From NCBI RefSeq assembly GCF_006345805.1, contig NC_043026.1:12317579-12381578 (forward strand): 64,000 nt of DNA. Reading direction: 5' to 3'. Positions 12,385-25,734 of the stretch are shown here, in pieces. The DNA is from Octopus sinensis (taxonomy: Eukaryota). A program made the position numbers and the translations under genes. Positions within the stretch are counted from its first letter, which is position 1. The number at the start of each line of letters is the position of its first letter. Below the pieces are notes generated by a model. It worked only from the letters and a program-made list of their open reading frames with translations, was not told the origin of the DNA and did not search any database.

Positions 12385-12720
12385 ACGATAATAATTATTG
12401 TTTTGTCTTGTTGTTGAGAGAAGCTCCCTTTCTTTCCTGATGAGAAGATTGCATCTTGCACCGTTTATTCCTTTGGAATAAAACAATGCTGTCTTCGGAA
12501 CATATGTCGAGAGTAAATGAATTTTGTTAACATCTTCGTTCAACTCCATTTATTTATTTATTCATATGCAACACACAAATTTCTGCACATGAACCCGGAG
12601 TTTCTACCCTTGGACAGGTCGCTGCAACCGTGTTTCTGACGTGAATTTGCTACCCTGGTATCGGTTCATCGAATTTTCCATGTTGACGGTAAACATAGGA
12701 TAATTCATTCACCTATCGAG
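12385..12720 (+). mobile_element. ~330-bp non-coding hammerhead-bearing element, copy 1 (core 12432-12513, GAAA mutated to GGAA)
   Basis: Homologous to 22135-22470 and 37262-37595; CTGATGA-GAAGAT..GTCTTC-GGAAC ATAT GTC-GAGAG; ends at (TA)n. Confidence 0.7.
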
Positions 12721-12787
<67 letters not shown>

Positions 12788-13080
12788 GGAGTTGATAGAT
12801 GCTTCGAATACTAGAGACGTGGTGTCAGGCATCAACGAAGAACCCTCGACTACAACAAGACGACCAAAGTTTTTTTTTTCCTCCAACGTGTGGGGTCTCC
12901 CGCCCCTAAGCTCTAGACCATCACCTAATCACCCTTACCCGTCTTGTTGCTTAACAACAACAACAACAACAACAACAGCAGCACCACCAACAACAACGCC
13001 GCCGCCACCACCTACACCATTATCGTCACCACCAGAATTACAATATCGTCTGCAGCAGTAACAGCTTCGCCACCAGTGCA

Positions 13081-13867
13081 ATACCTATTTCTTTACTACC
13101 CACAAGGGGCTAAACATAGAGGGGACAAACAAGGACAGACAAACGGATTAAGTCGATTACATTGACCCCAGTGCGTAACTGGTACTTATTTAATCGACCC
13201 CGAAAGGATGAAAGGCAAAGTCGACCTCGGCGGAATTTGAACTCACAACGTAGCGGCAGACGAAATACCTATTCTTTACTACCCCACAGGGGCTGAACAC
13301 AGAGGGGACAAACAAGGACAGACAAACGGATTAAGTCGATTACATTGACCCCAGTACGTAACTGGTACTTATTTAATCGACCCCGAAAGGATGAAAGGCA
13401 AAGTCGACCTCGGCGGAATTTGAACTCACAACGTAGCGGCAGACGAAATACCTATTTCTTTACTACCCACAAGGGCTGAACACAGAGGGGACAAACAAGG
13501 ACAGACAAACGGATTAAGTCGATTACATTGACCCCAGTGCGTAACTGGTACTTATTTAATCGACCCCGAAAGGATGAAAGGCAAAGTCGACCTCGGCGGA
13601 ATTTGAACTCACAACGTAGCGGCAGACGAAATACCTATTTCTTTACTACCCACAAGGGCTGAACACAGAGGGGACAAACAAGGACAGACAAACGGATTAA
13701 GTCGATTACATTGACCCCAGTGCGTAACTGGTACTTATTTAATCGATCCCGAAAGGATGAAAGGCAAAGTTGATCTCGGCGGAATTTGAACTCAGAACGT
13801 AACGGCAGACGAAATACTGCTAAGCATTTCGCCCGGCGTGCTAACGATTCTGCCGGCTCGCCGCCTT
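13081..13867 (-). mobile_element. SINE-B tetramer (1 full plus 3 headless ~184-bp units)
   Basis: Units restart at about 13084, 13268, 13451 and 13634; flanking repeat AGTGCAATACC/AGTACAATACC. Confidence 0.9.
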
Positions 13868-14625
13868 AAAAGTACAATACCATCACCTCAACGAGCAAGT
13901 TCGACACTACCACCACCACCACTGCCACCTGTGCTATAACACTGTCAACGCCACCACCACTGTTACATCACAAACATAACCACCAACCCTACAACCACAA
14001 GTAGAATCCTAACACTGCCATATTAATCACGTATAATACCATCCACACCACTACCAAGTACAGTACTATCACCATTGTCGGCAAATTTCTACTCATCCAT
14101 CACCGCTACCCACAACGCCACCACCACCACCACCATCACTGACTCCGCCTCACTGACCCGACTAACACAGTGTTCACAGTCGGTTAACAGACTAATGATA
14201 AGGTACGTTCTATCCCGACTTATCTGCCACCAAATTCCAATCACATCAAAATAATGACCCAGACAAATATAGATACACGAAAACATACCTGGCTTGTTCA
14301 AGCGGAGAACAACCAGAGCAAACCACCAAGAAAGGACGTAAGCCGTCAGAGGTGAAAAGAGAGCAGAAGGTGAACAACCCAAGTGAAATGTCTGAAGACA
14401 TAATCAGCTCTATATTTTTTAATAAGCAGCCTTCTACTGTTTGGCCTTGGTATTTGGGGCGGAAAGGTTAAAGCGGGCCTTCTTGATTAGGCATAAAGAC
14501 AATAAAATCAGTGGGTTCGATTCTCATGTAGAACTGCTGAAAAGTCCCTCGAGGGCGTCTTTTTACAGCGAGATTAATAAATATATAGAGAAATATTATA
14601 TATATATATTTTTATATAATATTAT

Positions 14626-14668
<43 letters not shown>

Positions 14669-14672
14669 TAAT

Positions 14673-14744
<72 letters not shown>

Positions 14745-15279
14745 CATAGGCGCAGGAGTGGCTGTGTGGTAAGTAGCTTGCTAACCAACCACATGGTTCC
14801 GGGTTCAGTCCCACTGCGTGGCACCTTGGGCAAGTGGATTTGGTAGACGGAAACTGAAAAGAAGCCTGTCGTATATATGTATATATATATGTGTGTGTGT
14901 GTTTGTCCCCCTGGCATTGCTTGACAACCGATGCTGGTGTGTTTACGTCCCCGTCACTTAGCGGTTCGGCAAAAAGAGACCGATAGAATAAGTATTGGGC
15001 TTACAAAAGAATAAGTCCCAGGGTCGAGATGCTCGATTTAACGCGGTGCTCCAGCATGGCCGCAGTCAAATGACTGAAACAAGTAAAAGAGTAAAGAGTA
15101 AAGAGTATTTAAGTCGATACTTTATCAAAACATGCCAAAAAGATTTCATGGTATATGAAAACCAAATATGTGTGGGCTTTGTGCTTTGATAGGCCCGAGG
15201 TGGTAACCAAATAGTTGAGTATGTGAAAGTACGCTTCCTCGTGCTGCCTGATATGTATTTTTGTACCTTACCAATAAAA

Positions 15280-15877
15280 GGCGGCGAGCTGGCAGAAACG
15301 TTAGCACGCCGGGCGAAATGCTTAGCAGTATTTCGTCTGCCGTTACGTTCTGAGTTCAAATTCCGCCGAATCAACTTGTGCCTTCATCCTTTCGGGGTCG
15401 ATAATTAAGTACCAGTTACGCACTGGGGTCGATGTAATCGACTTAATCCGTTTGTCTGTCCTTGTTGTCCCCTCTATGTTTAGATACCCTTGTGGGTAGT
15501 AAGAAATAGGTATTTCGTCTGTCGTTACGTTTCTGATTTCAAATTCCGCCGAGGTCGACTTTGCCTTTCATCCTTTCGGGGTCGATAAATAAAGTACCAG
15601 TTACGCACTGGATCGATATAATCGACTTTATCCGTTTATCTGTCCTTGTTTGTCCCCTCTGTGTTTAGACCTCTTGTGGGTAGTAACGAAATGGGTATTT
15701 CGTCTGTCGTTAAGTTCTGAGTTCAAATTCCGCTGAGGTCGACTTTGCCTTTCATCCTTTCGGGGTCGATAAATAAAGTACCAGTTACGCACTGGGGTCG
15801 ATATAATCGACTTTATCCGTTTATCTGTCCTTGTTTGTCCCCTCTGTGTTTAGCCCCTTGTGGATAGTAAAGAAATA
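15280..15877 (+). mobile_element. SINE-B trimer with 18-bp TSD
   Basis: TGTACCTTACCAATAAAA at 15262-15279 and 15878-15895. Confidence 0.9.
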
Positions 15878-15980
15878 TGTACCTTACCAATAAAACAACA
15901 TTTGTACAATCATTGACGAAGAAAATTTTATTTTATCTATTGTTTTAATAGTGAAGTCTTCATCTCTGTCTCACAAGGAC

Positions 15981-16901
15981 TTATATGTTTTTCGCCAGCT
16001 TCGGAATCTCCATCATTTTCACCAGCTTTTCAGTTCTCGTTTCCTCCTCTACTCCCATCTTCTGTTTCGCGTGCCAGTCCAAATCACTCAACCTCTGCAT
16101 CACTTTTTCTTCCAGTTCCTTCAACTGAGGTAAATCCAAATCTTTCAGATTCCTCATCTTCGCTATCTGCTGTTGCTGTTGCTCTTGTATCTTCAGTCCG
16201 TACATCCGCCGCTCTTTCAGTATCAAATGTTCTTCCAATTCGCTCACATAATGCGTCACTCGTTCTTTTTGCTCCTTCATCACCTGTAATGACAATCGTA
16301 TCTTCTTCCTCAACTTATCTTCTTCCTGCCCAAGCTCTTTCTTCTGCTTCATTAACCAATCCAAATCCTTCAGCTCCAATTTCACCTGCTCAGCCAATTT
16401 ATTAATTCTAGGTCTCTGCAGTTTTTCCTGTGTTTTCACTTCCTGCATCACCTGATCTTCAAGGTGTTCTACCTCCTGCCTCACCTCTTCTTCCAGTATA
16501 TTCAGCTGTTGTCTCACCTGGTCTCCCTCTTCCTTCAGTCCTTGTATCACCTGGTCTAGCATTTCTTTTTTCAATCGCATCGCATCTTTATCCCACTCGG
16601 TGTGCACCTTCTCTTCTTTCTCTGATTTCACTTCCTCTTCCGCCTCAGGTTTCACTTCCTCCTTCACGTCTTCTTCCATGGGACGTTTATAAGTAATTTT
16701 TTCGTTTATGAAGAGATTTTCCTTTCTAGGAAAACGCATAATAAATGTTTCATCTGTAGAGTACGGAGCAGGTCCGACGGAATTTACCCTGTTAGGACCC
16801 AAGAAGAAACTACTTAAACATCGTTTGGCCCGGGAAATGAAGCGGGCCAGGCGTCCCCTTCCACCTGGCGTAGCTACAGGGGACAATGGCGGAATTTGCA
16901 T
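15981..16901 (-). CDS. Intronless 306-aa coiled-coil protein of unknown function
   Basis: Long uninterrupted ORF in AT-rich DNA; first ATG at 16901 (the track start at 16925 is TTG); E/K/Q/L-rich heptad-like composition; internal repeat LKDLDWLMKQK/LSDLDWHAKQK; ATTAAA and AATAAA 30-55 nt after the TAA. Confidence 0.7.
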   Translation of the reverse strand: MQIPPLSPVATPGGRGRLARFISRAKRCLSSFFLGPNRVNSVGPAPYSTDETFIMRFPRKENLFINEKITYKRPMEEDVKEEVKPEAEEEVKSEKEEKVHTEWDKDAMRLKKEMLDQVIQGLKEEGDQVRQQLNILEEEVRQEVEHLEDQVMQEVKTQEKLQRPRINKLAEQVKLELKDLDWLMKQKKELGQEEDKLRKKIRLSLQVMKEQKERVTHYVSELEEHLILKERRMYGLKIQEQQQQQIAKMRNLKDLDLPQLKELEEKVMQRLSDLDWHAKQKMGVEEETRTEKLVKMMEIPKLAKNI

Positions 16902-17729
16902 TTCTTCAGCCAAAGACAAATGCAAAAACTAACTGAATCAAAACAAAAAATAAATTGAGACAAAAACTGGAAGGGAATATAATGGAGAGAAGGTGGATAG
17001 GGAACAATAGACTGAAAAATTAATTAAAATGACATAATTATAGAATTGAAATCAAAAGATGAGATAAATAATCAAACTAATTATACAGTTAATGAACCAG
17101 GAAGGTAGAAAATTATACAGAAACAAAGAAAGAACCAGCTGATTGCTATCAGTCAGTTAATTAAATTGAAACATATGTTTGGTTCGATATGATTTTGATT
17201 TTGATTTTTCCAGTTTCAGCTCATGAGCTGTGGCCATGCTGGGGCACCGCCATTTATCTCTGTAAATTGATTATTCAAACTCGCAAATATACAAAGAGAG
17301 GAAAGATACAAAGAAAGGTGGGCGGGGCGAGGGATAAAAACTAAAAAAACAATTAATTGCCTGATGAAGTCGTCAGCCAAATTGTTGAAAACGAGATATA
17401 CATATCAACCTGAGATCGATTTCAAACAGAACGGAGGTGAGCAAAATCTTCAAGTTGTACCTTTTGGAATGTTACGTCATAATCTCTCCTGTAAACCTTC
17501 ATGACGTAATTACAGAGAATTTTTGATGAATTTAATAAACAGGCGCAGGCGTAGCTGTGTGGTAAGAAAGCTTGCTTCCCAACCATATATTGTTCCGGGT
17601 TCAGTCCCACTGTGTGTCGCTTTGGGCAAGCGTCTTCTACTGCAGCCTCGAGCCGACCAAAGCCTTGTGAGTGGATTTAGTAGACAGAAACCGAAAGAAG
17701 CTTGTTGTATATATATATATATATATATA

Positions 17730-19600
17730 AAATATTATTTGAGACAAAACCACTATTTTGCAAAACAAACAAGGAAAGACTAATCATACATAAAATTTAA
17801 TAAATAGTCAAAAAAAACCGCCACTACAATCGTTTCTTGTCTTGATCGACAATCTTCAGGTGACTTCCAATCTAAAAAATCAAAATTTTAAAATATAAAA
17901 ATAATACTTTTAAATAATTAAAGTATAAATGAAAAAATATAAGTTATAATCCATATATAACCTATATAATCCATATCGAAAATATAGACTAATTACCACG
18001 AATTCCCTAAAAAAAAAAAACCATGATAAAACAAAACTCTTAAAAACATATAACGATAAAATCTCCCTTTGCTAAACTCTATAACAAACCTATAAAGTAA
18101 ACCCCCTAACCTAAACATTCACACACAAATACACACACGTAAACCACAGACTCACGACTTATACACATACCTATACTAACTTATAAACCTCAATATACAC
18201 CAAAACCCACTCCCTCCCCACACAGACAATTAACACATACATCCCAAAACCTAAATAACAAACCCATTACACATTCACACACAAACACACACCTCACACG
18301 CAAAACACTCACACACAAAAGATACATATACTCCCTCACATATACGCTATACATACTCACTAAATTCGACATATACAACAATACTTACACACCCACAAAA
18401 AACATTATATACATTTATGAGCTAAACTCACCTTAGCATCTCTAACAAACAACTTGCAGTAACCCAATCCCATTCTCTATGCCTACCTCACTACTACACT
18501 ATTCCATTCACATTCCAAGCAACGCTAGTCCACCACCCGGTTATTCACGTGGCAAAACGAACACCACTCAAAAATTATGAATGAAACAATGTAAAAAAAT
18601 AACCAACACCTAAAAGACAAAATACCACGAATTACCTAAAAAAACCATGATAAACCAAAACTCATAAAAGCATATAACGATAAAATCTCCCTTTGCTAAA
18701 ACCCTATAACAAACTTATATAGCAATCCCCCTAACCTAAACATTCACACACAAAAAACCCACACGTAAACCACAGACCCAAGACTTATACACAAACCTAT
18801 ACTAACTTATAAACCTCAATATACACCAAAAACCACTCCCTCCCCACACAGACAAATTAACACATACATCCAAATCCTAAATAACAAACCCCAATACACA
18901 TTCACACACAACACGCACACACACGCAAAACACACACACACACAACATAACATATGCTCCCTCACATATACGCATATACATACTCACTAAAACTCGATAT
19001 ATACAACAATATTTACACCCACACTCATACAGATAAATAAATTAATTATACAATTAAAAACTCACAACCAATCTCATATACATAAACACTCTTATGAAAA
19101 CAACAATAAATACATCGTAATTAACCAGAATATCAAAAATAACATTATGACATAAGGATAAATCAAATACATACTTACAATTCAGTTACAAATTATGAAG
19201 TGAAATTAGATTATTAGCCGTTAAAAAACCAAACAAAATTACGTTACCATGGAAATAACTAATGTAAAAAAAGAATACGCGCCATAGAAAGTAAACGTCA
19301 TTCATAGTATGAATGGAGAAATATAATAAATGGAACTAAAACTATTTCCACGTAGCAAACCAACGCTACTTAAAAAAATTTATTTATAAAAATTTATTAT
19401 GAATGGATTCTTTAAAAACTATCATGAAAAATCAAATATATACATTTATGAGCTTTAGCTCACCCTAGCACCTCTAACAAACAACTTACAGTAACCCATA
19501 CTCAATGCCTACCTCATTACCACCCTATCCATTCACAATTCCAAGCAACACTAGTCCACCACCCGGTTACAATTCCCAACTCTACCCATTCATTCACAAT
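17730..19600. mobile_element. Penelope-like element remnant with duplicated G-poor terminal region
   Basis: Starts after (TA)n with GAGACAAAACCACTATT (shared with ~28066); hammerhead at 17820; ~600-bp direct duplication (17995-18570 vs 18625-19100/19440-19570); decayed K(C)H(L)(C)MNEKY-like motif near 19290-19330 resembles the CxLCxxEK end of PLE GIY-YIG ORFs. Confidence 0.6.
17820..17864 (-). ncRNA. Minimal type I hammerhead ribozyme
   Basis: GUCAC-CUGAAGA-UUGUC GAUCAA GACAA-GAAAC GAUU GUA-GUGGC: intact core, 5-bp stems I and II, GUA triplet. Confidence 0.82.
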
Positions 19601-20432
19601 TTCAACGACGTTCCCTCAACAACTCTACATATAAGCCTCAACATATACACCGGAGATACACTTACACATCCGTGCGGATGGGTGAGAGTATACATTAAGT
19701 GTAGTGATGGGGCTCCCATTTCTAAACACATTTGTACCTGTGTGGTAGTCTCCATGTGTATATTCACGCACGGGGTATAATACAGGGGTACACGCTCACT
19801 TCATTTACGTGTACCCCTCACATGTACATATGCATACTATTTTGGCTCGATATATGCAACAATGTAATCGCGCCCGTATGTGTGAGCATTCACTGGTTGT
19901 GCAATTCACCCATCTGGGTGTGATTGTGTGTAAACTTATCACTGTGGAGGTCGAGCTTGATACGTATATATTAGTGTGTATTAGGGGTTGTACGTACTAA
20001 TTATGTTCATGTGCTTCACGCACTTGCGTCCATGTATGGAAGAATATATTGGGATTACTATGTAGGTGTAAATAGGGTATGGGGAGTTTTTGTCATTGTA
20101 TGGGTGTGGGTTTCATTTGTGATGGTGGTTAGTTGGTGATGTAGTAGTATGTTTCTGTATATTAGGGCTAGTATGTATTATTCCGTGTGTATAATTGTAT
20201 ATATATCCGTAATATTAGAGAGCCAACTTTGAGTATGTTGACTCTATGTGCTAGACATAGACCCACCGTCAAAGTCGCCGACTATAATTCCACATAGAAA
20301 TAGCACCACAGTCAACGCTATGGAAATTAAATTACAACTAAATAATGGATTAATGTTGTACATATGTTTTCCTCATCAACAATTATGCAGATTCTACTTA
20401 CATAATTGTCTATGATTCGTCTATGATTATAT

Positions 20433-20479
<47 letters not shown>

Positions 20480-20896
20480 GTGTGTGTCTTTGTGTCTGTA
20501 TTTGTCCCCTATCACCGCTTGGCAAAAAAGATCGATAGATAAATGCTATGCTTACAAAGAATAAGTCATGGGGTCGATTTGTTCGACTAAAAGAAACCCT
20601 TTATTGCGGTGCTCCAGAATGACCGCAGTAAAAGAATAAAAGAATAGTCATTTAATATCTAATTTGAAGAGAATGCAACACACGGTAAACATTTTGTGTT
20701 CAAATCCCGGTGAATTCATATTTGCAATTCACCATTCCAAAGCTGGTCCTTGTTTGTCCCCTCTGTGTTTAGCCCCCTGTGGACAATAAAGAAATAAATA
20801 CAAAGCAGTACTCGCTGGAGTCCACGTAATATAACGAATTATAGTCTGCCCGCTGGATCTTTAAACGATGGAGATTCTTTATAACTTCTCTTCTTA

Positions 20897-21532
20897 AGCA
20901 CTCCGTCGGTTACGACGATGAGGGTTCCGGTTGATCCGAATCAACGGAACAGCCTGCTCGTGAAATTAACGTGTAAGTGGCTGAGCACTCCACAGGCACG
21001 TATACCCTTAACGTAGTTCTCGGGGGAAATTCAGCGTGACACAGAGAGTGACAAGGCCGGCCCTTTGAAATACAGGTACAACAGAAACAGGAAGTAAGAG
21101 TGAGAGAAAGTTGTGGTGAGAGAGTACAGCAGGGATCACCACCGTCCCCTGCCGGAGCCTCGGATGGAAGCACTCAGTCGGTTACGACGACGAGGGTTCC
21201 GGTTGATCCGAATCAACGGAACAGCCTGCTCGTGAAATTAACGTGTAAGTGGCTGAGCACTCCACAGACACGTGCACCCTTAACGTAGTTCTCGGGGATA
21301 TTCAGCGTGACACAGAGAGTGAGAAGGCCGGCCCCTTGAAATACAGGTACAACAGAAACAGGAAGTAAGAGTGAGAGAAAGTTGTGGTGAAAGAGTACAG
21401 CAGGGATCACCACCATCCCTGCCGGAGTCTCGTGGAGCTTTAGGTGTTTTCGCTCAATAAACACTCACAACGCCCGGTCTGGGAATCAAAACCGCGAGTC
21501 CGCTGCCCTAACCACTGGGCCATTGCGCCTCC
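20897..21532 (-). mobile_element. Dimeric SINE-C
   Basis: Full copy plus headless copy, junction GTGCTTCCATCCGAGGCTCCGGC; flanking repeat ATTCTTTATAAC. Confidence 0.85.
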
Positions 21533-21639
21533 ATTCTTTATAACACCAGACCAGTGGGTACATGAATAACACCCACCATCACCCCCACCTTGAGGGTTTT
21601 TTTAATAATCCTTTCTCCTGGAAGCACAAGGCCTGAAAT

Positions 21640-22010
21640 TTGGTGGGGGTGGGGTTAAATCGATTACATCGACCCCAGTGCATAACTGGTACTTAATTTT
21701 ATCGACCCCGAAAAGATGAAAGAGCAAAGTCGACCTCGGCGGAATTTGAACTCAGAACATAGTGGCAGACGAAATACCTATTTCTTTACTACCCACAAGG
21801 GGCTAAACACAGAGAGGACAAACAAGGACAGACAAACGGATTAAGTCGACTATATCGACCCCAGTGCATAACTGGTACTTATTTAATCGACCCCGAAAGG
21901 ATGAAAGGGCAAAGTCGACTTCGGCGGAATTTGAACTCAGAACGTAGCGGCAGGCGAAATGCTGCTAAGCATTTCGCCCAGCGTGCTAACGATTTTTACA
22001 GCTCGCTGCC
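21640..22010 (-). mobile_element. SINE-B dimer
   Basis: Same GAAATAG|GTATTTCG junction as the other arrays. Confidence 0.8.
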
Positions 22011-22020
22011 ATAGGTTATA

Positions 22021-22097
<77 letters not shown>

Positions 22098-22134
22098 ATA
22101 TAATATACATATATATATATATATATATATATTT

Positions 22135-22465
22135 AAGTAGTTGAATGAATTATCCTAGTATGGATAATTCGGTTACCGATACCCGGGTAGCAAATTTACG
22201 TCAGAAAGCACGGTTGAAGCTACATGCCAAGGGCAGAAATCACGTGCTTTCGTGTGGAAATTTGGTGTTTTTTTACTATAGATAAATGAAAGAATGGAGT
22301 CGAACGACGATTTAACAAAATTCCTTTATTCTCGACACATGTTTCGAATGAATAAAGGGTGCATTATGCCTCTTCTCATCAGAAGACAGGAACTTAAGTC
22401 AGCATCATGACGAACAAAAACTTTTAGATGACTGCCATCTGTTAAACATTTAAATGTATGCCAAT

Positions 22466-22470
<5 letters not shown>
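22135..22470 (-). mobile_element. ~330-bp hammerhead-bearing element, copy 2 (core 22330-22386)
   Basis: UCUU-CUGAUGA-GAA..UUC-GAAAC AUGU GUC-GAGA; flanked by (TA)n on both sides. Confidence 0.75.
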
Positions 22471-22551
<81 letters not shown>

Positions 22552-23530
22552 GGCAATACATTTATATTCGGTTTTCTTAAATGTTTAACAATGACAACTA
22601 TATTCCTGGAATAAATCCTTTCACATTTAATTCCCATTACAAAATTACCCGAAACCTGTGTAATTCTATATGTTAAATAGCTCGAAGTTATTTGAGCAAA
22701 CTGAACAACAACAGCAATAACAATGTTAGCTAATCTCACTCTACTCACATTACTTTAAGCTTCATCATTCTGTCTCTACAGCCTGCCCTTAATATTCATC
22801 TAGCTATTAGTCATTAATGTTTCCTTAACTCTGAAGGTTTCGTTAATTATCTCTCTCTATATATATATATATATATATCACGTGATCACGTGATATCACG
22901 TGACCGACCAGACCATCAGATGTTGTTACACATCGCTGGTCACAATGCGTTCGCATTGTTTTAGCCTGCGAATGACGCCACCCACCGCCCTGCTGCTAAG
23001 CGAACAGGCCAACAGAAGAAGAGTGGGAAGAAAGAGTCTCGTGGAAGCTTTTAGGTGTTTTCGCTCATAAACACTCACAACGCCCGGTCTGGGGAATCGA
23101 AACCGCGATCCTGCGACCGCGAGTCCTTGCTCTAACCACTAGGCCATTGCGCCTCCACCATATAGATATATATATATATATATACTATATATATGTATAT
23201 ATATATATATATATATATAATCTATATATATTTTTTTTTTTTTTTTCCCAGTTTCAGCTCTTGAGCTGTGGCCATGCTGGGGCACCGCCATTGTGTTTGA
23301 AAGAGTACAGCAGGGATCACACACCCCCTGCGGAGCCTTGTAGAGATTTTAGGTGTGTTTTCGCTCAATAAACACACACAACGCCCGTCTGAGAATCGAA
23401 ACCGCGATCCTGCGACGCGAGTCCGCTGCCCTAACCACTAGGCCATTGCGCATCTATGGCCATTGCGCATCTAAGAAAACCGAATATATATATATATATA
23501 TATGTATAGATATATATGTATATATATATG

Positions 23531-23565
<35 letters not shown>

Positions 23566-24733
23566 GTATATATATATATGTATATTATATATAATATATA
23601 TATATATATATATTATGATATATATTATATATATAATATATATATAATATATATATATATATTATATATATATATATATGATAGTTAATCCAAACATGAA
23701 AACACAAGAGAAAACTCAACAATGCGAGGACGTGGAAGAAGCATAGTGTTATTGGACGCCCAGGAAAGGAAAGAAAGAAGGAAGATTTAACGTTTCGAAC
23801 GGAGCTCTTCGTCAGAACATAGGAAAAGGAAAAATCCAAGGAAGGGAAGACGGAGGAAAAATGAATTTACAAGAGAACTGTTCATTTTCATTGTTTTATA
23901 ACTCTCTTCTAGGCATAATTTGCAGATTCTGTTATTATGCCTATAAAATGGAGCTGAAGAAAGAATTTTCCAAGAAATCGAGTAATCTATATTGCTTCTT
24001 TTTAGTTGCCAAACCTTTTTGGATAAACCTGTGTTGTTGTTTTTTCTAGGATCGTTAAAGGATGATCTATGATTATATAGTCTTAATTTAAAAGGATTTT
24101 GTGTACATCCAATGTAAGTAATTTTGAAAGATTATGGGTAATAATTGTTGCTTGTTATACTACATCTTTCATTTTACAGTTACCTTGTACCTCACAAGTA
24201 TTCAGGTCTCTACAATTACAATTAGAACTATTAGTTGGTACTCTATTGTTATATCTATATGTACTAAGGGTAATTGAAGTTATGTTATTCTGATAATTGT
24301 TGTTATTTAATATGTAATTATTGGGGTTAGCATGTATATTAGAAGGAGTTTTTTTTATTGTAGAATTGGTCTAGTTTCCTATTGTTAAATGAAGAGATGA
24401 TCCTAAATACGTTAGGAAATACGGAAAATCCAAATCTGATCATTTTGTTATTAAATATTTTTGCATATTTAGAGTTTTAAAAGTTTCTTTTAATAACGTT
24501 TCTAATGGATTTAATGAAATTAGTTTTTAGATGTTTTGCAAAAGGAATTATGATCCAAATGATGCTATTGTTGTATTCCTTATTGTCGTAGTAGTTTATA
24601 TTTTGCGAGTCATCTATTCGTACATATGGCATGGTTTCTTTTTTTCTATATTATCATTCCAAACTTTATGATATGAGTTATGTGGTTATGTGAGTTATTA
24701 GGAGGATGAGATGTAGTGTGATAAGTTAGATGT

Positions 24734-25380
24734 GGAGGCACAATGGCCCAGTGGTTAGGGCAGCGGACTCGCAGTCATAGGATCGCGGTTTCGATTCCCA
24801 GACCGGGCGTTGTGAGTGTTTATTGAGCGAAAACACCTAAAGCTCCACGAGGCTCCGGCAGGGGATGGTGGTGATCCCTGCTGTACTCTTTCACCACAAC
24901 TTCCTCTCACTCTTACTTCCTGTTCTGTTGTGCCTGTATTTCAAAGGGCCGGCCTCGTCACTCTCTGTGTCACGCTGAATATCCCCGAGAACTACGTTAA
25001 GGGTGCACGTGTCTGTGGAGTGCTCAGCCACTTACACGTTAATTTCACGAGCAGGCTGTTCCGTTGATTCCGATCAACCGGAACCCTCGTCGTCGTAACC
25101 GACTGAGTGCTTCCATCCGAGGCTCCGGCAGGGGATGGTGGTGATCCCTGCTGTACTCTTTCACCACAACTTTCTCTCACTCTTACTTCCTGTTTCTGTT
25201 GTGCCTGTATTTCAAAGGGCCGGCCTCGTCACTCTCTGCGTCGCGCTGAATATCCCCGAGAACTACGTTAAGGGTATACGTGTCTGTGGAGTGCTCAGCC
25301 ACTTACACGTTAATTTCACGAGCAGGCTGTTCCGTTGATCGGATCAACCGGAACCCTCATCGTCGTAACCGACGGAGTGC
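24734..25380 (+). mobile_element. Dimeric SINE-C
   Basis: Same dimer junction as 20897-21532; flanking repeat GATAAGTTAGAT. Confidence 0.85.
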
Positions 25381-25734
25381 TGAAAGAAAAAAAAAAGATA
25401 AGTTAGATTTTTTAAATGTATAAGTTTCATGTTCTAATTTCTATCTATTGTCATTTGTTTTCAGTATTTATTGTCTGTATACTTGGGTTTGCTTACATTA
25501 TTAACAGTGTATTTGGTGATTAGTGGATTGGTAAAATTAGTATTATTCGTTCTGTTAGAGAGATTATAGTTATGGTAGTCATATTTATAGCATTTATAAT
25601 TATGATGTTTATTGCAAAGAGCACCATCCTGCATTCTTCAGTGCTAAATTATAACAAGCTTTGTGCTTGCTAAAAAAAATTCCTCATTGGACGATAATAG
25701 GTTATTTCTACTTTCTACGTTAGAGGTTTGATCA

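Noticed and set aside
14201-14470. ~90-codon open frame on + (..DPDKYRYTKTY..KKGRKPSEVKREQK..)
   Set aside because: No early start codon, no clear splice signals and no recognisable homology.
23784-23820. Hammerhead-like CUGACGA-AGAGCUCCGUUC-GAAACGUU (also weak traces at 6830-6878, 17362 and 20350-20385)
   Set aside because: Stem I or core is broken; probably decayed PLE ribozymes, not counted as supported features.
24000-24720. Possible decayed Penelope RT on the minus strand
   Set aside because: Only vague motif resemblance with many stops; needs tBLASTn or an HMM search to support.
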